From: Bugula neritina
Lineage: Eukaryota; Animalia; Bryozoa
Assembly: GCA_964035545.1 (NCBI GenBank)
Contig: OZ037771.1
Location: forward strand, 7,929,408-7,993,407
Length of the DNA: 64,000 bases
Direction: 5' to 3'
Shown piece by piece: positions 54,231 through 64,000 of this stretch (positions within the stretch are counted from its first letter, which is position 1; every line of letters starts with the position of its first letter). Below the pieces are notes generated by a model. The model was not told where the DNA came from. It did no database searches and was given only the letters and a program-made list of their open reading frames with translations. A program made the translations under genes and the position numbers.

Positions 54231-57200
54231 CTAAATAGTGTTAACCATGTCGTCTCCATTTTTATATGATGCGTAAGAAAACAACCTCTTAGCTCTGAAA
54301 TATAATGAATAATGCTGCATGCAGTATTGTAGATGAGGCTATACATGCAGTACTATTCCTGATGCTAGCTTTACCTGCCCATGATAATAATCACTACCAC
54401 CGAAAAGGCTCATAACTTCGTAGTTTATAAGTTTCACAATTTGACATCAATGGACATTATATCTTCATAAGATGCTAATGTTTTCAGAGTTAAACTTGTA
54501 TACCTATAGCAATTTTAGAAAGTATATAGCCCTGCTAACTTTCCAACCGACTTGTCACACGGTCCCAGAATCACACAGTAATATAGTCACATAGTCACAC
54601 TGGCATTACAATGACGCAATCACACATCCGCGCAGTCATACAATTGAAAAGCAACCATGTTACTTTCTATATAAATTGAGTTTCAAGTTGTTGTTTCAAA
54701 AAATAGGTTTACAAAGCAACTAGTTTAATTAGTGGGCAAATACCCACGTTACAGATAAACCTCTAAAAAGTTTTCCAAAAATGTTGAAAAAAATTTCTTT
54801 AAGTATTTATAAAACTTAGCTAGATGGCTTGAAATGATATGTAGCCCTTATCAACTATAAGCCATATTCATTATGCACACCAATGCTCGATGTTAAAGCA
54901 TGTTAACACACAGCTGCATGTTGTTCATTAGATTACATTTTACAAGGAAACGGTAATAGAAAACATAACTTTTGAGGCTACAGGAAAAAACTCGAGCATT
55001 TAATCTTAAGAATGCTGATCAACTCACTTTCCCTCAAACACCACTTTGTAGAGCAAGGCTAGAATACATATGAGTGTGATGAATCCAAGGACAGCGCAGG
55101 CTATAGAAACAGCCGCCATTGATTTCTGGGATGTTTGGGCATTGCTCATTGCCGCTCCTCCTACAAAAGGCACAAAAATGCTAATTTACTCTTGGAATTA
55201 TCAAACTTGGATTGAAGCAGTTCAGAACAAAAATATGCCAACTTTGTTATTAGCTGTTTGCAATGTAACTTTCAAATTACAAAGTTTTTTTTATTGATAT
55301 TATAGATGTCACATGTTTCATGTTAAGTGAGCTCAGAAGTTTTGGCATTGTTTCATTCTTAATGTTCAACTCCTGTCTCATAGTTTAGAGTTATTGAAAG
55401 TGTTAAAAGATGGTAATTTCTAGAACAGTCAAACTTGTACAAAAATTGACAACTTCAAATATAATGAGACAACCAGAAACTTTTAATATTGCACATAACT
55501 CCAAATTACAAGTTTAGTCAGTTATAGATAAAATTAATTGTATAGCAACCCAAGTTTATATAACTTCACTTTGTATTTAAACCTCAAAATGGTTATTGTC
55601 ATTTCTCTATAGTTTAATTAGCTAACTCCTAAGTTGTTAAATTGTTTTTACAGTTTTCGCTGATAACTTATTGCAAGTAAATTTATATCAGAATAAAAAT
55701 GCAAAGATTTGCGACAAATTTGTATGGAATCATATACAGTAGCCCATGCTGCGAATGAATATGAAAAAAATACCAATATATGTCAGTGTAATATATGTCA
55801 GTGTAATATATGTCAGTGTAATATATATCAGTGTAATATATATTAGTGTAATATATGTCAGTGTAATATATGTCAGTGTAATATATGTCAGTGTAATATA
55901 TATCAGTGTAATATATATTAGTGTAATATATATCAGTGTAATATATGTCAGTCTAATATATGTCAGTGTAATATATGTCAGTGTAATATATGTCAGTGTA
56001 ATATATGTCAGTGTAATATATATTAGTGTAATATATGTCAGTGTAATATATATTAGTGTAATATATGTCAGTGTAATATATATTAGTGTAATATATGTCA
56101 GTGTAATATATGTCAGTGTAATATATGTCAGTGTAATATATGTCAGTGTAATATATGTCAGTGTGATATATGTCAGTGTAATATATGTCAGTGTGATATA
56201 TGTCAGTGTGATATATGTCAGTGTAATATATGTCAGTGTGATATATGTCAGTGTAATATATGTCAGTGTAATATATATTAGTGTAATATATATTAGTGTA
56301 ATATATGTTATCACAACATATATGAGTAAATCTTGAGTGATTATTGATCGATGATGCAGCCTGTCATAGTGACAAGCTGCCAGATCCTGAATGCATATCC
56401 AGATACAACATGATTGAGACTATCACTTGTGGCCAACTCAACATATAAACCTGGCAATCTGAATCTAGGCCAAATGTTGATATGTTTTAGCAACACTAAA
56501 TACCCTGCAGATTAACAGTGACATACAATATTGGCCTAGTAATTCTAGTCAGTAAAAAAAACACACTCATGAAAGTTTATAGTCACTATACCTGTGAGAA
56601 ACCCCTGATGGAAAGGGAATTTGTTAAAGCGGGCTAAGGACTTATTTAAATGAAGCACAGGAGCAATTATGACTGAATGCTCTTCCGAACATCACCAATG
56701 GCCTTTGTCAGGGTTCGAACCCATGACTTCGTGTTTACTAGGCAAATGCTCTAACCCCTAGACCACGGCTGCTCCCTGATAATTTTAGTCAGTCAGCATT
56801 TGATAAAATAGGCTGGAAAATTGTATTGTACCTGGAGGAAGTTCACATGTTGGGGCTTCTGTCCAATGCCCATCCTCATGGCAGTTTATATGATGGACCC
56901 CAATTAGTTTATATCCTGTGTCACAGCTATAGTCTACTCTGGAATTATATGTAGTTGAGGTCCAGTTATGTTTTCCAAAATGTATAGCGGGTGGGGTTCG
57001 GCAGTCAACAACTGAAACAATACATACAGTGTTGAACTATTGAATTGTGTATTGACTTACATACTGCCTATCTATATCAACATGTGCTTTTGCATTTTCA
57101 ACAACACTTATAATATGCAAGTCACTTCTTGTAAACACTTTTAGACAAGTGAAGTAAATAATTGACTTCATAAAGTTATATTTTCCTTATATAATTTTTT

Positions 57201-60200
57201 CTGGGTCAGATTTTAGTGATGAATTAAGAATTAAATCTGGCAAATGTCATGGCATATATAATTATTATGATAGGCTTAACAGAAAGATGGCTGATAAGAG
57301 TTTCATAAACTGTGACAAGTATGTATTGGTACTTGAAGAAATACATTAAATAACATAAATTCTACTAATCTAAGGACCATGAACTCTTATCAATATATCC
57401 TCGTTTGCTGGTAAGTAGTATATTAATGTCACCAGATGGTACACCACTAAATATGCTTTCTCGTTTAAAAAACAGTTTTTATGGTTAATTCATAGTTGTA
57501 TAAGCAATTATACCACTATTGCACCAGCTATATGCCGTTTGGCATCACACCAGAAGTTAGTTGGAATATTCAACAAAATATAGCAAAACAAAATGCCACT
57601 TCTTCTGCTTGATTAAAATAAATCAGGGTTTGGAACTCAACTATATTATACAACAGTTCCGTATACAGTGTGCCAGACCAAAAACATCAAACGGCTTCAA
57701 ATTTGACATTTTAAGTAATTAACAATTTAAATAACTTTTATTAAACAGAAACCGTAGCATTTTTAGTATATAAACACTGATTGGTTTGTCGTTCAATATA
57801 TTCTCGGGAATACCTTATCAAAAGCTAGCCAAAATATTATGATGAGCTGTTATAACTCTTCTGTAAAAGTGTGAATGTACTAAATCTGCTTATTAGTTGC
57901 CTATCAATAACTGCCTGTTATAAAATTAAACCATTTTTAAAATATATTTATACTAGAAAATAGAAATTTTGATTTCTTCCGAGTTTTAATAAAACAGACA
58001 ATGTGCATGACGAACAAACACAGTGTACTAGGTGAGAACTGTTGTTGCATATGACATTCAGCGTTACGCTGACTAGACTTACTTGTGCAGGTGGGTGGCT
58101 GAGTCCAGGTGCCATCAGCTTGACACACTACCTCAGGTGCTCCGTATAGAGAGAATCCTCTTGCACAGGCATAAATAGATTTGTTACCAAAGAAAGCTTT
58201 GCCAACAAATGAACTGGTAGCGTTGGCGACCACAGGTAGGGGTCCACAGGGCACTCCTGCAGTTAACAAACACTGAAAGATGCAAAGTTTACAGAAATTT
58301 GATTTATAAATGCAGACACTTTAGCTATCAGCACTTACTAAATCTCAAACATTAGGTACGGTAGGTAAATAGTTAGTAGGTAAATAATTGGTAGGTAAAT
58401 AGATAGCAAGTTAAGAAGTAGATAAGTAAGTAAAGAGGCAGGTATTTAGGTGGGCACTGGGTTCAGTAATACAAGTTATATAAGGCTTTATTAGAAGAAA
58501 TGCCAATCATATAAAAATTAGAATTTCTAGAAATAATGGCTATACATTTCAAGACTCGCCAAACTTCAATGTTATCAAAAACTCCAAATACTTAATACAA
58601 ATGCACAATTAATATTCGTTCAACAACTGTAACCTCAGATACACTAAAATAAATTACGCTGCTATAAACATACTTGTATGCAAAACAAACAAAAAGTTGT
58701 CTATGTCTAAAATTGTGATTAAATTTCTATTCTTTTATTAAATGTACAAAATTTGAATTGCAATAAATAAGTGCATAAATTTATTGCTTAATCAAATAAG
58801 GTACTACATTACTAGCCAGTGCATTACTAGCTACTGCACTACATTACTAGCTGATACATTACTAGCTGATAATTTGCTAGCTGACAAATAATTACTATCT
58901 GATACTTTACTAGCTGATAAATTGCTAGCTGATATATTACTATCTGATACATTGCTATCTGATACATTGCTATCTGGTGCATTACTAGCTGATGCATTAC
59001 TATCTGATACAATTACTAGCTGTGCTTAGTGTGCTCAGAGCTTACTTAGACAGTATGGCAAGGTGCTCCATTCTCCAGATGCCAGACATGTGATGATGCT
59101 TGTATTTGTTTTAGGATAGAACCCGTGGTTACAGTCATAGGTCACCGTCTGCTGATAGTAGTGATTACTTCTGGCAGGAATCTGTGCATTAGGAAGGATT
59201 GGGGCAATCCCACAGTCCACACCTGCAAAATTACTACATTTCTTATTGCACAAAGGCTTAGAACAATGTAGTAACACATATTGCCTGTAACTAATGCATG
59301 CTTGCGTTTGAAATTAATTTAACTGATTATGCTGTTTAGTATGAGTTTATTAGTGTTGGATATATCTATGCTGAGCGTAGAATTTGTCGTTCAGATACAC
59401 TGTGTTTCCATTGCTTCAAATGAATCTACAGGACAAATTTGTGATTGTGATTTGCATTTCTTGTGGTTTCATTCAATGCAACTGTTCTCAAACATCCGAA
59501 TAAAAAATTCGTTCTCATAATGCAAAGCAATAGAAACACACTGATTCATTGATACTCTGATTAGATAACCTACGAGCACACTCAGGAGGGGCTGACCACT
59601 CCCCAGAGCTGAGACATGTAATGGTTCCACTGCTATAGAGTTGTGTGTAGCCATTCACCACCAAGTTAAAGCCTGTGTTGCACTTCACCGTTCCAGTACT
59701 ATAGGATTTAGTTGATTGGTAGGTGACATTTCCACCCGGAACGGCAGGTGGAGGGCCACAGTCTATTACTGAAAAGTCAGAAAGACATTAGACGTTTTTT
59801 GTTAAACTCGTAACTGAGTGTTTTTGACTAAAACTAATGACAAACTGAAAAAATGAGAAAACTTAGAAAATGCTGTAAATACTCACCATCACAAGTGCCA
59901 CTTAAGCGACTCCAAGTACCGTTACCTAAGCAAGTAATGTCTGGGTGAGTCCCGTTGAAGTAATATCCACTATAGCAGTAGTAGGAAACAGTAACACCCA
60001 CCGACGTTCTGTTCATACAACATAAAATAGTGTGTTAAATTCAGTTTGACCAGAACATGAACGTTTAGGAGCTTGCAAGATCTAATAAAGAGTCTAGGAA
60101 GTGATTTTCATTCTAACGAAAGCAATGGGTGCGGCTAAGTTATCCAACAGCAGCCATGAACACTTTGATTAACTTGAAGGACAGGAGAAGAATTTTAGGC

Positions 60201-61318
60201 TATTATATTAGAATAGGATTAAGAAGATGTTACTTACCGAGAAGATACAGATCCTTGATAATTTCCATTTGACATGCTGGGTGGATATGGACAGTAAATT
60301 GCTACAACAGAACTACACCAGCTGTAAGCTGTGGCTGTATTATCTGCTTCACATCGGATAAAAAACTTGCTAACTTTCATCCATTAACAATACTACATAG
60401 AGAGCTAAGACGTAGCTCCGGCCAGTTCTCTATTATAAGCTTTTGAAAAACCATTTTTAGAAAAAGGCTCTTAGTTCTGTCCAAAAATAGATTTGAATTA
60501 CCATTATTGTGCTTATATAACATTGGCAGTGATGTATGGTGTAAACCAGAGGATGGCTACGTAACTATCCTAATACTCTAAGTACTCGTATAATCACCTG
60601 AACAGTAGAGGTTGGGACCACTGGACACCCACTGTCCATCTCTACATGTTTTCTGCACACTACCAATAGTTCTGAATCCAGGGTAACAGGTGTATGTGGC
60701 TATAGAGCCTGGTGAGGTGCCTGTCTCAGAGTGGTTTGCATTGGCAACATATGGGGGTGAGGTGCAATCTACAGCAATACTATATGTTATGTATTCTGGT
60801 ACTGTACAATATGTGGTGAGGAGGTGCAATCTACAGTAATAATATATGTTATGCATTCTGGTATCGTACAATATATGGTGAGGAGGTGCAATCTACAGTA
60901 ATAATATATGTTATGTATTCTGATACCATACAATATGTGGCAAGGAGGTGCAATCTACAGTAACAATATATGTTATGTATTCTGGTACTGTACAATATGT
61001 GGTGAGGAGGTGCAATCTACAGCAATATTATATGTTATGCATTCTAGTAGTACTGTACCATGCATGGTGAGAAGGGGCAATCTACAGTAACAATATATGT
61101 TATGTATTCTGGTACTGTACATGTGAAGGTGAAAAGATGGAATCCGTAGTAATATTATTAAACTGTTGCAGCATCTTGGTACAACATGGAGGGCTGTTGA
61201 TGTTTGTTTATGTGTATTAACACTTGCCACATAGAAACTTACCCAGTGAACTTGTTGTGGTTTGACTTTGAGTTCTCAACACAGAAAGAAGAGCAATGGT
61301 GAGAATATGGCGCAACAT
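54231..61318 (-). CDS. Type I transmembrane protein with six CCP/Sushi domains, 451 aa; exons 61318-61243, 60768-60598, 60301-60238, 60008-59887, 59768-59574, 59222-59046, 58256-58083, 57011-56832, 55160-55028, 54294-54231
   Basis: Signal peptide MLRHILTIALLSVLRTQS, then six modules C-x2-PP...Y-x-C-x2-G(F/Y)...C-x3-G-x-W...C in phase 1-1 units (CCP2 split by a phase-2 intron). TM helix AAVSIACAVLGFITLICILALLY and tail ..KAKRLFSYASYKNGDDMVNTI*. 1356 nt open after splicing; AATAAA on minus at 54215-54220; likely 5'UTR donor after 62505. Confidence 0.9.
55775..56308. repeat. 15-bp minisatellite (AATATATGTCAGTGT), ~35 copies
   Basis: Direct reading; explains the YVSVI/YITLT ORFs. Confidence 0.97.
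56554..56779 (-). mobile_element. tRNA-Thr(AGT)-like SINE, full-length with TSD, in a CCP gene intron
   Basis: Minus strand GTGGTCTAGGGGTTAGAGCATTTGCCTAGTAAACACGAAGTCATGGGTTCGAACCC (intact B box, CTAGTAA loop); TSD TAATTYTAGTCAGT at 56540-56553 and 56780-56793. Confidence 0.9.
58806..59022. repeat. 15-bp tandem repeat (ATTACTAGCTGATAC)
   Basis: About 14 diverged copies just downstream of a CCP exon donor. Confidence 0.88.
59398..59543. mobile_element. ~150-bp MITE, copy 2 (inverted relative to copy 1), intronic
   Basis: TIRs CACTGTGTTTCCATTGCTT / AAGCAATAGAAACACACTG; TTGTGGTTTCATTCAATGCAACTGTT matches the reverse complement of copy 1. Confidence 0.7.
60757..61122. repeat. 62-bp tandem repeat x6 spanning the 3' splice site of the first CCP exon
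   Basis: Units start at about 60757, 60816, 60878, 60940, 61002 and 61067, each containing GCAATCTACAG. Confidence 0.93.
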
Positions 61319-63047
61319 TTCAGCTATAGTCTTTTACCAGCTGCTGATTTGACAAAAGAAGCCAATTTGTGTGGTGATTCCTGAGTTTGTCCTAATAGCA
61401 TCGACACCTGCTGTAATATTACTATAAATAGCATATCATGAGGAAATACTGCTTTTTATTGAAGATATAGCTTTAGACTTTTCACATTTTCACTAGTTGA
61501 TTAGTCATTTAAGTATTTTTTGTCTTTTCAAAAAGAATTTTCTTGCTGCTGTGTGTGTCTTAGACACGAGCCCTGAAAGTGTAAAATGTAAAATTACTTT
61601 ATACTTTTCAATACATGATCAGCTGAGTTGATTTTTATTGGGGAAAATTATTGACACTCCAATTTTCAATCACACAATTAGCAAAATTTCTAAATAGCAC
61701 ATGATTTTGCCAAAGTTAACAGGTCTTGTAACTAGTTTTTATTACTAATTTTTTTTCTCTTGAGAGCTCAGCTATTTCCGCCACCATTTTGTGATTATTT
61801 TCTAAAATAGACTGATCAAAATAGGAGTTTTGAAAAGCAAAGCAGATTCAATGCAATTCAATTAGTAGGATTCTGTAAAATTCCCCTTAACAAAATAATA
61901 TTAGGACCAAAAATAGACAAATGCAGCCAGCATGAAACTGTTTATATGTTGGTGCGAAAATGCAGTTTGATTCACCAAAATATTTATTGAGCTGCACATA
62001 ATTATGCTGGGCCGACTATAAGTATATGCAGCATATCATAGCACCAAAATAACGAAGCGAAACGTAAGACAAAATGCCCACCACTTTTAAAAACATCCGG
62101 GCTGAAATGTCCAAGGTTAGGCATTTCTCCCATGATCAAGCACTGCTTGATTCCAAAAATTTTGTTGTTGTGATAATAGCAACGTTTAATACCAACATTT
62201 CACATTAAACTTAATGCATGCGTGCCGATCCTTTTTTGTTGGCACTCTGTTCCTTTCAAGTTTGCAGGATTTATCTAACCCTGTATATTTACTATATTCC
62301 TATTTGTGAAAAAGTAATTGAATTTGAATTGAAAACAGTTTACAAGTTTTCTACAAGACAACATGCATGCATAAAAAGAATACTCAAGATAGCTTAAAGC
62401 TACACAGTTATTAGGTGGTGCGATTCAGTACCCTAAACATGTGTGAAGACGCTACACCTAACTTCACCGATCTAAGCTAATGATATCAGAGCTGCTCTAC
62501 TCACCTCTATTGTCTTGCAGTCAGCACAGAGCACTTGCCACTGTAGATGATTAGGCTGAATGATCTCTGTGAAATCTTTCAATAGTTTATAATATTGAAA
62601 GCAGATTTATTGGAATAATGTTTAAAATTATCTGCTGCTCGATGCATTCATTATACCACTTTTTCTGTGCAATCAACCGTGAAGGCACATGACTGCTGGA
62701 AACTTCCATTGACCTTAGTTGAAAGGTCATTTTTCAGAAAATGTGGTGTATTTTTTCAATAGATAAATTGTTATAAATTCAGCTAAGAAAAATGAGGTCA
62801 ACCAGGGTAAGCTTGGGGCTCAGCAGCTAAGCTGAGTAGTAAAGACTTGCTTGGTGAGGAATGAATAAAAAGCAGGAAGTTTTAATGAGATAAATTAAAA
62901 AGAGTGAGCAACTCCCCGCAGATATTAGAATAAATTAATCAACTCAAATGCTTGCTGATAACACATCTATAACTGAGATAGAAACTGATTACAAAATTAA
63001 ACATGTTAATACATATAGTTGTACTTATTCAACATGCTATGAAGATA

Positions 63048-63525
<478 letters not shown>

Positions 63526-64000
63526 TAAAATAGAGTCTGGAGACAGAATGATGAATCAACTAGTCAAAATTTCACTATTAAGATTCATACACGAAAGTGA
63601 AAGAAAAACATTTTAGGTACATTAGGTATTTGCTGAACTTTGTGGGACACATTTTAGACAGCCTCCAAAGTTCTTAAAAGCTTTTCAGATAAAATAAACT
63701 ATGTTATGTTTCTAAATGAAGTTGTTCAAGTAAATACAACTTTTCTAATATAAAAATAAAGTGAATAATAATAATCAAACACACTGTAGCGGAATGCATG
63801 ATTTAAATCCATCTATATACTTTGTATGTAGATGTTCCCATTTGACAATCAACTAGTAAACCAGTAAGCACAGCTAGCTGCTAATGTTAGACTTGATTGA
63901 CAAAACCAGTACAATTATCAGTTAAGTGCTAGTAACCTGAAAGAGTGCTAAAATAGAACTTGAACTTGGTGATGATGGTGGTATTACTAGGCAAGGGGTG

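Noticed and set aside
54231-54245. PDZ-binding motif at the CCP protein C-terminus (VNTI)
   Set aside because: The -2 residue is Asn, which fits neither class I nor class II consensus.
55730-56336. Overlapping ~195-aa ORFs on both strands
   Set aside because: Stop-free 15-bp minisatellite in a CCP gene intron.
56700-56779. tRNA-Thr gene
   Set aside because: No acceptor stem and it continues into a repeated body with a TSD, so it is a SINE head.
11594-61318. All four genes on the minus strand as an operon-like cluster
   Set aside because: Four co-oriented genes occur by chance one time in eight, spacing is kilobases and functions are unrelated.

Overview
AT-rich, intron-rich eukaryotic DNA, most likely an invertebrate animal (inferred from gene content, GT-AG introns, SINEs and MITEs; species not determinable). 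Four spliced protein-coding genes were rebuilt by hand, all on the minus strand, with consistent splice phases throughout. (1) A 4-exon divergent prolyl-4-hydroxylase-like 2OG-Fe(II) oxygenase (11594-13213, 314 aa). (2) An 8-exon RBMX2/Snu17 RES-complex splicing factor (29298-46678, 296 aa). (3) A 4-exon orphan gene (48166-51945, 213 aa). (4) A 10-exon type I membrane protein with signal peptide, six CCP/Sushi modules, a TM helix and a short tail (54231-61318, 451 aa). The rest holds a tRNA-Thr-like SINE family (several copies, some with TSDs), Harbinger-like MITEs and many micro/minisatellites, which explain most listed ORFs. Best leads: a possible recursive-splicing/NMD autoregulatory switch at the 3' end of RBMX2, a 62-bp tandem array that copies the 3' splice site of a Sushi exon (five decoy acceptors), and a dense cluster of paired AP-1 sites. 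No prokaryotic systems, CRISPR or rRNA were seen.
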